Shown here in pieces: positions 1 through 12,000 of a DNA stretch of 64,000 bases. A program made the translations under genes and the position numbers. Numbering within the stretch: position 1 is the stretch's first letter; each line of letters starts with the position of its first letter. The notes under the pieces were generated by a model. It did no database searches and was not told the DNA's origin. It saw only the letters and a program-made list of their open reading frames with translations. Source of the stretch: an uncultured Gammaproteobacteria bacterium (lineage in GTDB: Bacteria > Pseudomonadota > Gammaproteobacteria > Magnimaribacterales > D2472); contig CAZTGS010000002.1 in NCBI GenBank assembly GCA_964613455.1, positions 14,425-78,424 of the forward strand, read 5' to 3'.

Positions 1-424
1 CAGGTGACCCATGAGAAATATAGGTTACAACATCAAGTCTGTTTATATTATTTTTATTAAGTAAATAGACCGAATGAGATTCCTTCTCAGAGAATATTGC
101 TACAAGAATATTGATTGGTTTAACAACGCCCTTTCCAGATGATTGAATATGGAAAACAGCTCTTTGAAGAACCCTCTGAAAGCCCAATGTAGGTTGAACT
201 GCTTTCTGAGCATCCGTTCTTGTTATGCTTGTTTGTTTTAAATGATTATTTAAAGATTCTTTTAAGGATTCTAATTGAACATCTTTAGATTCTATAAAAT
301 CTTTAACATCGTAATCATTCAATATCATTAAAAATAAATGCTCAACAGTAAGATACTGTATATTAACTTCCTGTGCTTTATCAAATAAGCTTGCTATGGA
401 TATTTCTAATTCTTTACTAAACAT
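1..424 (-). CDS. clpA: ClpA, ATP-dependent Clp protease ATP-binding subunit (N-terminal part; gene runs off the window start)
   Basis: Absent from the ORF track because it is truncated. Hand translation of the minus strand from ATG (complement of 422-424) gives MFSKELEISIASLFDKAQEVNIQYLTVEHLFLMILNDYDVKDF..., a Clp N-domain. It lies 3 nt downstream of clpS, as in clpS-clpA operons. Confidence 0.85.
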   Translation of the reverse strand, partial: MFSKELEISIASLFDKAQEVNIQYLTVEHLFLMILNDYDVKDFIESKDVQLESLKESLNNHLKQTSITRTDAQKAVQPTLGFQRVLQRAVFHIQSSGKGVVKPINILVAIFSEKESHSVYLLNKNNINRLDVVTYISHGSP

Positions 425-427
425 ATG

Positions 428-766
428 TTAATCAGTTAATGGTTCGATTTCGCTAAGCAGAGGATGATTGTGATGTTTCGACATCTCGTTAACTTCGTAT
501 GACATCATCTCCGCCATCTCTTTAGAAAATATACCACAAACTCCCTTACCTTTTGTATGAACTGCCATCATTATTTGTGTTGATTGCTCATGAGTATGAC
601 TAAAAACAGTTTGAAGCACAAAAACAACAAATTCCATTGGCGTATAATCATCATTTAATAGAACAACTTGATACAATGGTGGTTCCTTGACCTCAGGTTC
701 TTTTTCAAGAACAGCTGAACCAAAATTATCAGAAGTATCAATTCTTTCATTAGAAAGTTTTATCAT
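428..766 (-). CDS. clpS: ClpS, Clp protease adaptor
   Basis: 112 aa. The core PPLYQVVLLNDDYTPMEFVVFVLQTVF...MMAVHTKGKGVCG is typical of ClpS. Its start overlaps the icd stop by 1 nt (TAATG). Confidence 0.95.
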   Translation of the reverse strand: MIKLSNERIDTSDNFGSAVLEKEPEVKEPPLYQVVLLNDDYTPMEFVVFVLQTVFSHTHEQSTQIMMAVHTKGKGVCGIFSKEMAEMMSYEVNEMSKHHNHPLLSEIEPLTD

Positions 767-2019
767 TACATTCTTTTGATCATTTCATCTGCAAATCCTG
801 AACATGATACAAGTTCTGCATCATCCATCATTCTTTCAAAATCATAAGTAACTTTTTTAGCTAAAATAGTCCTTTCCATGGAGCTAATAATTAGATCAGC
901 AGCTTCAATCCATCCCATGTGTCTTAGCATCATCTCAGCAGAGAGTATCAAGCTACCTGGATTGACTTTATCTTTACCTGCATATTTAGGAGCTGTTCCG
1001 TGTGTTGCTTCAAAAACAGCATATTTATCAGACAAATTAGCTCCTGGAGCAATTCCAATGCCTCCAACACAAGCTGCCAAGGCATCAGATATATAATCAC
1101 CGTTAAGATTCATAGTAGCAATAACATCATAGTCACGGGGTCTTAATAAAATTTGTTGTAAAAAAGCATCACAAATAACGTCGTTTATAACTATTGATTT
1201 TCCATTATTAGGATTTTTAATAGTTTGCCAAGGACCGCCATCTAATTCTTCAGCGTTGTAGTCAGTTGATGCTACCTCATAACCCCAATCCCTAAAAGCA
1301 CCCTCTGTGTATTTCATAATATTGCCCTTATGAACAAGAGTTACAGAAGATCTATCATTATCGATTGCATAATCTATTGCTTTTTTAACTAATCTTGATG
1401 TTCCTTCTTTAGATATTGGCTTCACACCCAAACCTACTGAATCAGGAAAACGTATTTTTGATATAGCAAAGTCGTCTTGGAGTACCCTGACCATTTTATT
1501 AGCCTCATCAGAACCTGCTTGAAATTCAATACCACAATATATATCTTCAGAATTTTCTCTAAATATAATCATGTCAGTATCCTGAGGTCTTTTTACAGGT
1601 GATGGCACGCCCTCAAAGTATCTAATAGGTCTTAGACATACGTATAAATCTAAGATCTGTCTTAAAGAAACATTTAAAGATCTTATGCCTCCGCCTATTG
1701 GCGTAGTCAATGGCCCTTTAATGCTTACAACATATTCTTTTAATGCTTCGATGGTTTCTTCTGGAAGCCAGACATCTTCACCATATACTTTAGTTGACTT
1801 TTCTCCACAGAAAACTTCCATCCATTCAATTTTTCTAGAACCTTCATATGCAATTTTAACTGCATTATCAACAGCTTTTATCATAGGCGGTGTTATATCA
1901 ACACCAATACCATCTCCCTCAATAAAAGGAATGATAGGATTATCAGGAACATTCAATTTTCCGTCTACATACGATATTTTAGTTCCAGAAGTGGGTTCTT
2001 TGATTTTATTAAATTTCAT
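766..2019 (-). CDS. icd: NADP-dependent isocitrate dehydrogenase
   Basis: 417 aa. The N-terminus [31 protein letters not shown]...[15 protein letters not shown] closely parallels enterobacterial Icd. Confidence 0.97.
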   Translation of the reverse strand: MKFNKIKEPTSGTKISYVDGKLNVPDNPIIPFIEGDGIGVDITPPMIKAVDNAVKIAYEGSRKIEWMEVFCGEKSTKVYGEDVWLPEETIEALKEYVVSIKGPLTTPIGGGIRSLNVSLRQILDLYVCLRPIRYFEGVPSPVKRPQDTDMIIFRENSEDIYCGIEFQAGSDEANKMVRVLQDDFAISKIRFPDSVGLGVKPISKEGTSRLVKKAIDYAIDNDRSSVTLVHKGNIMKYTEGAFRDWGYEVASTDYNAEELDGGPWQTIKNPNNGKSIVINDVICDAFLQQILLRPRDYDVIATMNLNGDYISDALAACVGGIGIAPGANLSDKYAVFEATHGTAPKYAGKDKVNPGSLILSAEMMLRHMGWIEAADLIISSMERTILAKKVTYDFERMMDDAELVSCSGFADEMIKRM

Positions 2020-2116
2020 TTACTTTATTGGCCTCAACATTAAGATTTTACGTTCTAAATCGGTCATAATTATACTCTTAATTAAATCAATATAGTACTC
2101 TAAGAATATAAGAATT

Positions 2117-3196
2117 ATGGATAAGAAGACCGTTGTCGTAGGAATGTCAGGTGGGGTTGATTCATCTGTTTCAGCCTATCTACTAAAAAAATCAGGCTAC
2201 GATGTTAAGGCATTGTTTATGCAGAACTGGCAAAGCGAACCTGGTGAAGTTTGCACATCTGAAATTGATTTTAAAGACGCTTCAAAGGTTTGTGACAAAC
2301 TAGATATTCCTCTTCACAGAGCAAATTTTTCAGATGAGTATTGGGATAAGGTTTTTAAAAATTTTTTAAGTGAGCATGAAAAAGGAAGAACACCTAACCC
2401 GGACGTTTTATGTAACAGAGAGATTAAATTTAAATCATTTCTTGATTACGCATTTAAGATTGGAGCTGACTTTATAGCAACAGGCCACTATGCAAGGTTA
2501 ATAAATAAAGATGGTCGCAACTTCCTAGCTAGAGCAAAAGACACTTTCAAGGATCAAACGTATTTCCTTCATGAGGTTAATGAAAAAGAATTTGCAAAGT
2601 GCATATTTCCATTAGCAGATATTAATAAAGAAGATGTTAGAAAAATTGCTGTCGAACAAGAACTTATTACTGCTGACAAAAAAGATTCTGTAGGAATATG
2701 TTTTGTAGGAGAGAGAAATCTTAAGGACTTTTTAAATAGATTTATCTCTTTTAAAAAAGGGCCTATTAAAGATGATCTTAATAATATTATTGGAGAACAT
2801 CAGGGGTCTATCTTATATACTCAAGGCCAAAGACAAGGCTTAATGATAGGTGGGGTTAAGGGAAAGGATGAGTTGCCATGGTATGTATATAGGAAAGATA
2901 TACAAAATAACGAAATCTATGTATGCCAAGGCGTTGATAACAAGCTACTCATGAATGACGGGCTTATTGTCGAAGATATAAATTGGATTAATAGTATTGA
3001 ATACTCTTACCCTATAAGTTGCTTAGTTCAAATTAGGCATCAACATGTTCCTGTTGAGTGCATAATTTCAAAAGCTTCTAATGGCTTTAAAGTTGATTTT
3101 GTCGATCAAATAAGAGCAATAGCTCCCGGTCAATCTGCAGTTTTCTATGATAAAAATATTTGTCTTGGTGGTGGAATTATTTCAGAAACTTTTTAG
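2117..3196 (+). CDS. mnmA: tRNA 2-thiouridine(34) synthase MnmA
   Basis: 359 aa with the PP-loop VVGMSGGVDSSVSA and the NPDVLCNREIKF motif. Divergent from icd. Confidence 0.95.
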   Translation: MDKKTVVVGMSGGVDSSVSAYLLKKSGYDVKALFMQNWQSEPGEVCTSEIDFKDASKVCDKLDIPLHRANFSDEYWDKVFKNFLSEHEKGRTPNPDVLCNREIKFKSFLDYAFKIGADFIATGHYARLINKDGRNFLARAKDTFKDQTYFLHEVNEKEFAKCIFPLADINKEDVRKIAVEQELITADKKDSVGICFVGERNLKDFLNRFISFKKGPIKDDLNNIIGEHQGSILYTQGQRQGLMIGGVKGKDELPWYVYRKDIQNNEIYVCQGVDNKLLMNDGLIVEDINWINSIEYSYPISCLVQIRHQHVPVECIISKASNGFKVDFVDQIRAIAPGQSAVFYDKNICLGGGIISETF

Positions 3197-3236
3197 TAAC
3201 AATTATTAATTATATTAAAAGATGATAAAATAATTT

Positions 3237-4586
3237 ATGAAATTTGATCATGACAACATTTCACCACTCGACAGCAGATACGCTAATAAAATTCCTGACT
3301 TTAGAAAAAACTTTAGTGAATCAGCCTTAATTAAAATCAGATTTGAAATTGAAATTGATTGGCTAATTTTTCTTTGCACGAAGCTATCCACATCTTTCAA
3401 ACCGATAAGTAAACAATCTCTTAAGAAACTGCAAATCTTTAAAAAAGGTTTCGATAATAAATATGTTCTTAAGATAAAAAAAATTGAGTCTTCAACAAAT
3501 CATGATGTTAAAGCAGTTGAATACTTTATAAGGGATTACTTTAATAAGGACAAGACATTATCTTCATACATACACTTAATTCACTTTGGGTTAACAAGTG
3601 AGGATATAAATTCATTAAGTTATGCATTTTTAATTAAAAAAGGTACAACTTTATATATTAATGAAGTGAATACCATAAATAAGACCCTTAAGAGTTATTC
3701 AAAAAAATGGTCAAAAATAACATTTCTTGCAAGAACTCATGGACAGCCTGCATCGCCTTCTACAATTGGTAAGGAATTAAAGGTTTTTTCTAGTCGTATT
3801 GATAGAGAGATTAAAATACTCAAATCAATAAAACCACTAGCAAAATTCAGTGGTGCTACTGGGAATTTTCATACTTTTAATATTGTAGATGATTCAATAG
3901 ATTGGCCAAAATTGAATAAAAGTTTTATAAATCAATTTGGTATCGATCAAAATTTATTTACTACGCAGATAGAACCGCATGACTGGATTGCTGAAGTTTC
4001 ACATTCCCTAGTGAGGATCAATAATATATTAGTAGACTTGTGCCAAGATTCATGGATTTATATATCAAATGATATCTTTGCATTGAAACTTCAAAAGAAT
4101 GAAGTTGGATCCTCAACTATGCCCCACAAAGTTAACCCAATAGATTTTGAAAATGCTGAAGGCAATTTTGGTATATCTTCTTCATTGTGTGAATTTTTTG
4201 CAAATAAGCTTACTAAATCTAGACATCAAAGAGATCTTTCTGATTCAACTGTTTTAAGAAATGTTGGTCTTGGGTTTGCTTACTCTGCACTCGCTATAAT
4301 TTCAGCAAATAAGGGTTTAAGTAAAATTACTCCAAATAAAATTAAAATTGCGGCTGAGCTTGATAATAATTGGGAAGTCTTAACAGAAGCTGTTCAAACA
4401 TTAATGAGATATGAGGGAATTCCAGACGCTTATGAGCAGTTAAAAAATCTTTCGAGAGGAACCAAATTAACTAAAGAAACTTATGTAAAGTTTATTAATA
4501 CGCTTACTATTTCTGATTTATCTAAAAATAAATTATTAAAACTTACTCCATCAAGTTATATAGGCTTAGCAAAAGAACTTATTTAG
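3237..4586 (+). CDS. purB: adenylosuccinate lyase
   Basis: 449 aa with ISPLDSRYANK at the N-terminus and the fumarate-lyase signature GSSTMPHKVNP. Confidence 0.95.
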   Translation: MKFDHDNISPLDSRYANKIPDFRKNFSESALIKIRFEIEIDWLIFLCTKLSTSFKPISKQSLKKLQIFKKGFDNKYVLKIKKIESSTNHDVKAVEYFIRDYFNKDKTLSSYIHLIHFGLTSEDINSLSYAFLIKKGTTLYINEVNTINKTLKSYSKKWSKITFLARTHGQPASPSTIGKELKVFSSRIDREIKILKSIKPLAKFSGATGNFHTFNIVDDSIDWPKLNKSFINQFGIDQNLFTTQIEPHDWIAEVSHSLVRINNILVDLCQDSWIYISNDIFALKLQKNEVGSSTMPHKVNPIDFENAEGNFGISSSLCEFFANKLTKSRHQRDLSDSTVLRNVGLGFAYSALAIISANKGLSKITPNKIKIAAELDNNWEVLTEAVQTLMRYEGIPDAYEQLKNLSRGTKLTKETYVKFINTLTISDLSKNKLLKLTPSSYIGLAKELI

Positions 4587-4604
4587 CCTTATATTTTACA
4601 ATTT

Positions 4605-4621
4605 ATGTAGTAGAGCTACAT
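4605..4621. promoter_or_regulatory. inverted repeat ATGTAG-N5-CTACAT between purB and aceA
   Basis: Read directly from the sequence. A 6-bp stem with a 5-nt loop and no following T-run, so it could be a weak terminator or an operator. Confidence 0.3.
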
Positions 4622-4668
4622 AGAGATATCCCTTAAAAACCATATTTATAAGTGTATTTATCTATATA

Positions 4669-4695
4669 TTGACTTTGATATAGAAGTGATATTTA
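4669..4695 (+). promoter_or_regulatory. candidate sigma70 promoter of aceA
   Basis: TTGACT at 4669-4674 and TG-n-TATTTA at 4687-4695, about 35 nt upstream of the ATG. Pattern match only. Confidence 0.25.
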
Positions 4696-4727
4696 CTTCA
4701 CTACATATTTAATTTTTGGCAAAAAAA

Positions 4728-6308
4728 ATGACAAGTCATAACGAAGAAAAAAATCAAGCAAACTCAATTCCTGAGATGTCTACATCTAACTGGGGAGCTA
4801 TCAATCCTGAGTATGTTGCAAGAATGAGAATGCAAAATAAATTTCAGACTGGATTAGAAATTGCAAAATATACTGCTGGAGTCATGAGAAAAGATATGAA
4901 TGCCTATGATTCAGATACATCATCTTACACACAGTCTTTAGGTTGTTGGCACGGTTTTATAGGCCAGCAAAAATTAATTTCTATTAAGAAACATTTTAAA
5001 ACTACCAATAAAAAATACTTATATCTATCTGGTTGGATGGTAGCTGCTCTTAGGTCAGAATTTGGTCCTCTTCCAGATCAATCTATGCATGAGAAAACAT
5101 CAGTTGCTAGTCTTATTGCAGAACTCTATCAGTTTTTAAGACAAGCAGATGCAAGAGAACTCGGTGGTTTATATAGAAAACTAGACTCATCTGATGGTGC
5201 CGAAAAAGATTCTATACAAAATGAAATTGATAATTTTGAAACTCACGTTGTACCAATCATAGCTGATATTGATGCAGGCTTTGGTAACGAGGAAGCAACA
5301 TACCTAATGGCTAAACAAATGATTGAAGCTGGTGCATGTTGTATACAAATAGAAAATCAAGTTTCAGATGAAAAGCAATGTGGACACCAAGATGGAAAAG
5401 TAACAGTTCCTCATGCTGACTTTTTAGCTAAAATAAATGCTGTTAGATACGCATTTTTAGAGTTAGGAGTTGATGATGGTGTTATTGTTGCAAGAACTGA
5501 TTCATTAGGTGCTGGTTTAACAAAACAAATAGCAGTAACAAATGAAAAAGGTGATCTTGGTGATCAGTACAATTCATTCCTCGATGTTGATGAGGTAACT
5601 CCTGAAACAATGAATCATGGTGATGTGATGATAAATCAAAATGGTAAATTAGTTAGGCCGAAAAGATTGCCTAGTAACTTATATCAGTTTAAAGAAGGAA
5701 CAGGAGAAGCTAGATGTATTCTTGACTCTATAACTAGCTTACAAAATGGTGCAGATTTAATCTGGATTGAAACTGAAAAGCCTCATATTGGTCAGATCGG
5801 AGCAATGATGGATGAAATTAAAAAGGTGGTTCCTAATGCTAAACTTGTTTATAACAACAGCCCTTCTTTTAATTGGACATTAAATTTTAGACAACAAGTA
5901 TTTGATTCAATGAAAGATGCTGGTAATGATGTGTCTTCTTATGATCGAGCTGATTTGATGAATGAATCATATGACTCTACTGAACTCGCTATCGAGGCAG
6001 ACAATAAGATTAGAACCTTTCAAGCTGATGCTGCACGTGAAGCAGGAATATTCCATCATTTAATTACACTTCCAACTTATCATACAGCCGCCCTTTCAAC
6101 TGACAACTTAGCCAAAGAGTATTTTGGTGAACAAGGAATGCTAGGTTATGTAGCTGGGGTCCAAAGAAAGGAAATTAGAGAAGGTATTGCATGTGTGAAG
6201 CATCAAAATATGTCAGGTTCTGACATGGGTGATGATCATAAAGAGTATTTTGCAGGTGAAGCTGCTTTAAAAGCAGCTGGTGAAGACAATACTATGAATC
6301 AGTTTTAA
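4728..6308 (+). CDS. aceA: isocitrate lyase, long (about 530 aa) form
   Basis: ICL signature region ENQVSDEKQCGHQDGK (KxCGH). The length and N-terminus resemble the Pseudomonas-type long ICL. The ORF-track start at 4716 is TTG; the ATG at 4728 is more likely. Confidence 0.9.
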   Translation: MTSHNEEKNQANSIPEMSTSNWGAINPEYVARMRMQNKFQTGLEIAKYTAGVMRKDMNAYDSDTSSYTQSLGCWHGFIGQQKLISIKKHFKTTNKKYLYLSGWMVAALRSEFGPLPDQSMHEKTSVASLIAELYQFLRQADARELGGLYRKLDSSDGAEKDSIQNEIDNFETHVVPIIADIDAGFGNEEATYLMAKQMIEAGACCIQIENQVSDEKQCGHQDGKVTVPHADFLAKINAVRYAFLELGVDDGVIVARTDSLGAGLTKQIAVTNEKGDLGDQYNSFLDVDEVTPETMNHGDVMINQNGKLVRPKRLPSNLYQFKEGTGEARCILDSITSLQNGADLIWIETEKPHIGQIGAMMDEIKKVVPNAKLVYNNSPSFNWTLNFRQQVFDSMKDAGNDVSSYDRADLMNESYDSTELAIEADNKIRTFQADAAREAGIFHHLITLPTYHTAALSTDNLAKEYFGEQGMLGYVAGVQRKEIREGIACVKHQNMSGSDMGDDHKEYFAGEAALKAAGEDNTMNQF

Positions 6309-6481
6309 TCTGAGCAAGCTTCAGTATCAGATCTTCCACAAATTTGACACGGCGAGCCATCATCTAGGTTAGCCATGCCACCACAAGAACCTTTTATCGG
6401 TTCATTTTTTAATATTAAACCAATAGCTAGACCAGCAAAGGACAGCCCTATTACAAAAAATCCTAGAATTAAATCACTCAT
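6305..6481 (-). CDS. nqrM: (Na+)-NQR maturation protein NqrM
   Basis: A small protein with one TM helix and a Cys-rich tail, GSCGGMANLDDGSPCQICGRSDTEAC, located directly after apbE-nqr. The start was chosen at the third ATG of the ORF (complement of 6479-6481), which overlaps the apbE stop by 8 nt. The ORF-track start at 6526 is less likely. Confidence 0.7.
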   Translation of the reverse strand: MSDLILGFFVIGLSFAGLAIGLILKNEPIKGSCGGMANLDDGSPCQICGRSDTEACSD

Positions 6482-7475
6482 TATTAAAATCATACCATTT
6501 ATCGGAATATGTATAGACCAATTCATTATCCAAAATACTAATAAGCATTAATGGAATGCTATTTGTATTAGCAACTTCAATGGCGAGTTTAGAATCCATC
6601 GCGTTAAAAGCAGTGGCATAAGCATCAGAATATGTAGCTGATTTATTATCTAAAACAGATATTGAAATAGCATCTAATTTAATAGATTTAAGTGTTTTAG
6701 GATTTATTGTATGAGTAACTTTGGAGCCATCTTCTTTGATTATAAGATTTCTATATTCACCAGAAGTTGCAAGTGATAAATAAGAACCATTGTTATTCTC
6801 AATAACATATACAGCATTTAAATTAGTGGAGCTTGGGTCCTGTATGCCTACTTTCCAAGGCTCCTCATATTTCAAACCATGAATTATAATTTCACCACCA
6901 ATATCTATTAGATGATTTAATAAGTTATTTTCAATCAAGTATTCATGAATCTTTTGAACTGCATAACCCTTCGCAATAGATGATAAGTCAAACCAGAAAT
7001 CTGAAGACTTAGAAACTGTTTGATTAACAGAATCTAATGTGAATGTTCGTATTAAATTATATGAAGTGGTATCTATATCAAAGTTAGGAGAAAAACCCAT
7101 CGAGGTTGATATTTTTCCCAGCGTAATGTCGTAGTAATTTTGCGTTTTTAATGAAACTTCTTTTGCAATAGAAAGTATTTTAAAAAGATCATCACTAATA
7201 GCAATATTGGTATTAATTTGTTTTTTGTTTACCAGTGCGATCTCTGAATCTACCTTGTAGTTTGAAGCTATCATGTCGATATCATTAATAATACTAAGTA
7301 TATTTTTCTCATGATGATCGGCAATAAATTCTGTAGATGAAACTGACCATGAAGTTCCGTAGGCACTACCACTGATTTTAAATATATTATTAGAATTGAA
7401 GTTATAGGCAATTAAGAGACAAATTAATCCAACAACTAAAGCAATGAGTTTTGAAAATGCGTATCTAGATATCAA
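6474..7475 (-). CDS. apbE: FAD:protein FMN transferase ApbE
   Basis: 333 aa. ApbE-family blocks (DLSSIAKGYAV, GGEI, ATSGEYRN) and its position downstream of nqrF. Confidence 0.9.
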   Translation of the reverse strand: MISRYAFSKLIALVVGLICLLIAYNFNSNNIFKISGSAYGTSWSVSSTEFIADHHEKNILSIINDIDMIASNYKVDSEIALVNKKQINTNIAISDDLFKILSIAKEVSLKTQNYYDITLGKISTSMGFSPNFDIDTTSYNLIRTFTLDSVNQTVSKSSDFWFDLSSIAKGYAVQKIHEYLIENNLLNHLIDIGGEIIIHGLKYEEPWKVGIQDPSSTNLNAVYVIENNNGSYLSLATSGEYRNLIIKEDGSKVTHTINPKTLKSIKLDAISISVLDNKSATYSDAYATAFNAMDSKLAIEVANTNSIPLMLISILDNELVYTYSDKWYDFNNE

Positions 7476-7482
7476 GCTTTAT

Positions 7483-8709
7483 TTAACCACCAAAGTCATC
7501 GAGAGCAATATTCTCTGGTTCTACTCCAATATTTAATAGTAAATCTATACAAGCCTTGTTCATCATGGGTGGGCCACACATGTAGTACTCGCAATCTTCC
7601 GGCGCTTCATGTGCTTTAAGATAATTTTCATATAAAACATTATGAATAAATCCTGTTTCTCCAGCCCAAGCATCTTCTGGTTGTGGATCGGATAATGCTA
7701 CATGCCATTCAAAATTATCATATTTTTTTGCAAGTTCGTTAAATTCATCTACATAGAACATTTCTTTTAAGCTTCTAGCTCCATACCAAAATGTAATTTT
7801 TCTATCAGTATCAATTCTAAGTAATTGATCAAATATATGCGATCTCATTGGAGCCATTCCAGCACCTCCTCCAACAAAAACCATTTCATTAGTAGTTTCT
7901 TTAGCAAAGAATTCTCCGAAAGGACCAAAAACTTTCACTTTATCCCCTGGTTTTAGATTAAACGTCCAAGAAGACATGACACCTGGTGGGAAATCGGTCC
8001 CAGGAGGCGGTGAAGCTATTCTTATATTAAATTTAATAATACCTTTCTCTTGGGGATAATTAGCCATTGAATAAGCTCTAATTACTGGCTCTGTATTTAT
8101 TGCCTTATTTTCCCATATCTTAAAATGATCCCAATCTCCATGATATTCCTCTTGAATATCAAAACTTTTATAGTCTATTTCATATGCAGGTGCCTCTAAC
8201 TGAACATAGCCGCCAGCTTTAAAGTCAACATTTTCACCCTCAGGTAGTTTTAATATTAATTCTTTTATAAAAGTAGCTACATTGTCGTTAGATATGACTT
8301 CACATTCCCATTCTTTAACACCAAAGATTTCTTCTGGTACCTCAATTTTCATATCACTCTTAACTGGAACTTGACAAGAAAGCCTCCAACCATCATTTTG
8401 CTCTCTGGAATTAAAGTGCGATTCTTCTGTTGGCAATATAGAACCACCACCATCGAGAACTACACACTTGCATTGACTACAAGTTCCGCCTCCACCGCAA
8501 GCAGAAGAAAGAAAAATTTTATTTTCAGCTAAGGTTTGTAATAGTTTCGATCCAGCTGGAACAACAAGCGGATTTAAAGAATCTCCATTTATTTCAATTG
8601 AAACATCACCAGTAGAAACTAATTGCGATCTTGCACCAATAATTACGACAACTAGTGCAAGGACTATTCCTGAAAAAGCTACAACACCAAGTATTAAATC
8701 AATTTGCAT
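7483..8709 (-). CDS. nqrF: Na+-translocating NADH:quinone oxidoreductase subunit F
   Basis: N-terminal TM helix, 2Fe-2S motif [12 protein letters not shown], and an FAD/NADH domain ([17 protein letters not shown]). Confidence 0.96.
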   Translation of the reverse strand: MQIDLILGVVAFSGIVLALVVVIIGARSQLVSTGDVSIEINGDSLNPLVVPAGSKLLQTLAENKIFLSSACGGGGTCSQCKCVVLDGGGSILPTEESHFNSREQNDGWRLSCQVPVKSDMKIEVPEEIFGVKEWECEVISNDNVATFIKELILKLPEGENVDFKAGGYVQLEAPAYEIDYKSFDIQEEYHGDWDHFKIWENKAINTEPVIRAYSMANYPQEKGIIKFNIRIASPPPGTDFPPGVMSSWTFNLKPGDKVKVFGPFGEFFAKETTNEMVFVGGGAGMAPMRSHIFDQLLRIDTDRKITFWYGARSLKEMFYVDEFNELAKKYDNFEWHVALSDPQPEDAWAGETGFIHNVLYENYLKAHEAPEDCEYYMCGPPMMNKACIDLLLNIGVEPENIALDDFGG

Positions 8710-8724
8710 ATTATTAACCTCTAA

Positions 8725-9336
8725 TTAAAGAGAAATTCCTCCAAAAGACATGAAACCAAAACTCATTAGTCCAACTATTATAAAAGTTGCGCCCAGACCT
8801 TTCAAACCCTCAGGTATATCAGAATATTTAAGTTTTTCTCTAATACCTGCGAGAATTACTATAGCCATAGCCCAACCAAAACCAGCACCTAATCCGTATA
8901 CAACACTTTCTCCGAATAATAGATCTTTTTCTATCATAAATAAAGATGCACCCAAAATTGCACAATTAACTGTTATTAGCGGAAGGAATACTCCTAAAGC
9001 ATTGTATAGAGCCGGCACATATTTATCTAGGAACATTTCAAGGATCTGAACTACGGCCGCTATAACACCAATATAGCTTATCAACGAAACAAATCTTAAA
9101 TCTGTTCCTGATATTCCCGCCCAGACTAAAGCATCTTCACGAAGCACAAAATTATAAATTAAATTATTAAGAGGTACTGTAATGAGGCAAACAACTATAA
9201 CTGCTATCCCAAGTCCCATTGCAGCTTCAATCTTTTTAGAAATGGCGATGAATGTGCACATACCTAAAAATACTGATAAAGCTATATTTTCAATAAAGAC
9301 GGTTGTGACGAATATACTTAAATAATGTTCAAGCAT
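8725..9336 (-). CDS. nqrE: Na+-NQR subunit E
   Basis: 203-aa polytopic membrane protein in the nqr operon position, with NqrE/RnfA-like sequence. Confidence 0.93.
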   Translation of the reverse strand: MLEHYLSIFVTTVFIENIALSVFLGMCTFIAISKKIEAAMGLGIAVIVVCLITVPLNNLIYNFVLREDALVWAGISGTDLRFVSLISYIGVIAAVVQILEMFLDKYVPALYNALGVFLPLITVNCAILGASLFMIEKDLLFGESVVYGLGAGFGWAMAIVILAGIREKLKYSDIPEGLKGLGATFIIVGLMSFGFMSFGGISL

Positions 9337-10015
9337 TTAGTTCTCTCTTAGTTAAGTCAGGAGCCGTTGAGTGCTTTGAAACAACAAAATCATCTTGTTC
9401 TACTTGAGTAGGTCTATAGGTCCTTAGAGCCCATATAAATAGACCTATTATGATGAATGAGCTAGGTGGAAGTAAGAGTAAATTATTGCCCATATACCAT
9501 CCACCATTTGAAATAAGGGGAAGTATTTCATAACCAAACAATGAGCCTGATCCAAATAATTCTCTAATTGTAGCTACAGCAATTAATATCAAACTATAGC
9601 CAAGACCATTACCAAGACCATCAAAGAAACTAAGTAATGGTTTCTCTTTCATAGCAAAGGCTTCAGCCCTCCCCATAACAATACAGTTAGTAATAATTAA
9701 GCCAACAAAAACTGAAAGTTTTTTACTAGTTTCATAGCTATAAGCTTTCAATAGCTCATCAACAACAATTACCAAAGACGCAATGATAGTCATCTGTACA
9801 ATAATTCTAATACTGCTAGGAATGTAATTTCTAATAATAGAGATAAATAAATTAGAAAAAGCCACAACACTTGTTAAAGCAACACACATAACCATGGTTA
9901 CTGAAAGATTATTTGTTACAGCTAAGGCTGAACAAATTCCAAGTATTTGCAATGCAATAGGGTTCTCTTCAACAAGAGGTTTTATGATTACTTCTTTATA
10001 TCTTTTAAGACTCAT
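9329..10015 (-). CDS. nqrD: Na+-NQR subunit D
   Basis: 228 aa. [17 protein letters not shown] is typical of NqrD/RnfE. Confidence 0.93.
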   Translation of the reverse strand: MSLKRYKEVIIKPLVEENPIALQILGICSALAVTNNLSVTMVMCVALTSVVAFSNLFISIIRNYIPSSIRIIVQMTIIASLVIVVDELLKAYSYETSKKLSVFVGLIITNCIVMGRAEAFAMKEKPLLSFFDGLGNGLGYSLILIAVATIRELFGSGSLFGYEILPLISNGGWYMGNNLLLLPPSSFIIIGLFIWALRTYRPTQVEQDDFVVSKHSTAPDLTKRELNA

Positions 10016-10778
10016 AATCTAACTCTTTAAATAATTTTGAATAACCAGAGTCTCCAAACCAATATGTAATCATATTAGTAACACCTCTGCTTGTTAAAGT
10101 TGCTCCAGATAAACCGTCAACCTTGTAGTTGCTATTAATATCATCAGATTGAACCTTTCCTTTTATAACTGATAATTGAACTTCGTTATCTTTATAGATC
10201 TTTTTTCCTGGCCACAGTGCTTTCCATCTAGGATTATCCACTTCAGCACCAAGGCCTGGAGTTTCCTTATGTTCGTAAAATTCAAGACCGGCCACTGTAT
10301 TAAAATCCTCTTCAATAGCAACATAACCGAATAGAGTTCCCCATAAGCCGTAACCTCTAATTGGAAGAATAAGTTTATCTATATTATTTTGCTCATCCCT
10401 AACAATAAAAAATTTTCCTACATTTTCTCTATTTTTAATAATAGCTATGTCATCAGAAGCACTTAGGGCAGTTGATAAGGTAGAGTCTCTTGTTGCTTTA
10501 ATTTGATCGTATTCTTCAATCTTGAAATCTTTATATGATTGAAGAACCTTACCAGTGTCAAAATCAACATATCTCATCTCAAGTTTTTGAAATTGAGATT
10601 TAACATCAATGGTATTGTCATACATCTTAGCGGCTTGTAATATTTTTATACTTTTATTATTTGCAGCATTTTCTTTTTGAAGATCTCTCAAGCTTACAGC
10701 TGCAAAAGATACAATTAAAGAACAAACCATACAGATAGCAAAAGCTACGCCTAGAGTTTTTAAAACTGAATCATTCAT
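10005..10778 (-). CDS. nqrC: Na+-NQR subunit C
   Basis: 257 aa with a single N-terminal TM helix and the FMN-attachment motif [13 protein letters not shown]. Confidence 0.93.
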   Translation of the reverse strand: MNDSVLKTLGVAFAICMVCSLIVSFAAVSLRDLQKENAANNKSIKILQAAKMYDNTIDVKSQFQKLEMRYVDFDTGKVLQSYKDFKIEEYDQIKATRDSTLSTALSASDDIAIIKNRENVGKFFIVRDEQNNIDKLILPIRGYGLWGTLFGYVAIEEDFNTVAGLEFYEHKETPGLGAEVDNPRWKALWPGKKIYKDNEVQLSVIKGKVQSDDINSNYKVDGLSGATLTSRGVTNMITYWFGDSGYSKLFKELDYES

Positions 10779-12000
10779 TTAATAACGCCCTTCTTCTTTT
10801 AATATTAGACATAACAACCATATGGTCAATAACTGGTGCTAATAAGTTCGCAAATAATATAGCAAGCATCATACCTTCTGGGAAAGCTGGATTAACTACT
10901 CTTATGAGAATCACGGTAACACCAATAACAAAGCCATAAATCCATCGGCCAGTGTTAGTTCCAGAACCTGAAACTGGTTCAGTTGCCATAAAGACCAATC
11001 CAAAGGCAAAACTTCCTATAACTGCATGCCAGTACCAAGGAACATAAAACATAGGATTAGTATCTGATCCAACTATATTTAAGATAGATGACATTATGAT
11101 CATTCCAGCTAGTGTTCCCAGAATAATTCTGTAAGAGGCTACTTTAGTTATGAGAAGGATAGCTAACCCTATTCCAATGGCTATTATAGATGTTTCTCCA
11201 ACAGAGCCAGGAATAAAACCAAGGAATGCATCCATCCATGTAAAGTTTTCATATATACCAGCCATACCTTTTTCAGCACCGACACCTAAAGCAGTTGCTC
11301 CACTATAACCCTCAGGAATAATATTATTATCTGCTAGACCAGCAATCCATACCTTATCACCTGATATCTGTGATGGATAAGCAAAGTATAAAAATGCTCT
11401 TCCTGTAAGAGCTGGATTTAAGAAATTTTTTCCAGTACCACCAAAAATCTCTTTTCCAATAACTAGACCAAATGTGATACCCATAGCAGCTTGCCACAAT
11501 GGAAGATCTGGAGGACAGCTTAATGAAAATAAAACTGTGGAAACAAAAGCTCCTTCATTAATTTCATGTTTTCTAACAATAGCAAAGAGAGCTTCCCATC
11601 CAATACCTACTACAAATACGGTTATATATATTGGTAAAAAGTAAGATGCACCAAACCACATTTTTGAAAAAAAGCTTGAAGAATCGTAGCCAACGAAACT
11701 AATAAGATAGTGGTGCCAATCTCCTGTATTTAATTGATTGATTGATTCAAGATATTCCAATGAATGAGATCCGAGGTTATACATTCCAAAAAACATTGCC
11801 GGAAAAGTAGCTAGCCAAACAGTAACCATAACTTTTTGAATATCTACAGCATCTCTTACATGAACTGGATTAGATGTTTTTGTTTGAGTAGAGAAAAATA
11901 AATTCTCAACAGCATCAAATAATGGGAACCATTTAGAATACTTTCCTTCGCCAACAAAATTTGGTTTTGAATTATTGATAAAGTTTCTTAAGGATTTCAT
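10771..12000 (-). CDS. nqrB: Na+-NQR subunit B
   Basis: 409-aa polytopic protein. It has an FMN-attachment-type GYSGATALG motif and sits in the operon position. Confidence 0.94.
   Translation of the reverse strand: MKSLRNFINNSKPNFVGEGKYSKWFPLFDAVENLFFSTQTKTSNPVHVRDAVDIQKVMVTVWLATFPAMFFGMYNLGSHSLEYLESINQLNTGDWHHYLISFVGYDSSSFFSKMWFGASYFLPIYITVFVVGIGWEALFAIVRKHEINEGAFVSTVLFSLSCPPDLPLWQAAMGITFGLVIGKEIFGGTGKNFLNPALTGRAFLYFAYPSQISGDKVWIAGLADNNIIPEGYSGATALGVGAEKGMAGIYENFTWMDAFLGFIPGSVGETSIIAIGIGLAILLITKVASYRIILGTLAGMIIMSSILNIVGSDTNPMFYVPWYWHAVIGSFAFGLVFMATEPVSGSGTNTGRWIYGFVIGVTVILIRVVNPAFPEGMMLAILFANLLAPVIDHMVVMSNIKRRRALLNE

Noticed and set aside
1685-2095. A 136-aa plus-strand ORF (and a 72-aa one at 878-1096) opposite icd. 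Similar short antisense ORFs appear in the track opposite nqrE, nqrA, gap, the ACAD gene, mfd, nfuA, hisD, the AGCS gene, fabD, rluC, rne, nhaB, the mrp-like gene, metG, the rnfB-like gene, the ABC-F gene, the 151-aa ORF, rhlE and the DUF3604 gene.
   Set aside because: Each lies inside a strongly supported conserved gene on the other strand or frame. None has a recognisable motif.
4587-4727. A possible riboswitch (for example the glycine type) upstream of isocitrate lyase.
   Set aside because: The region is uniformly AT-rich, with only a 6-bp hairpin. None of the GC-rich conserved cores of the riboswitch classes I know is present.
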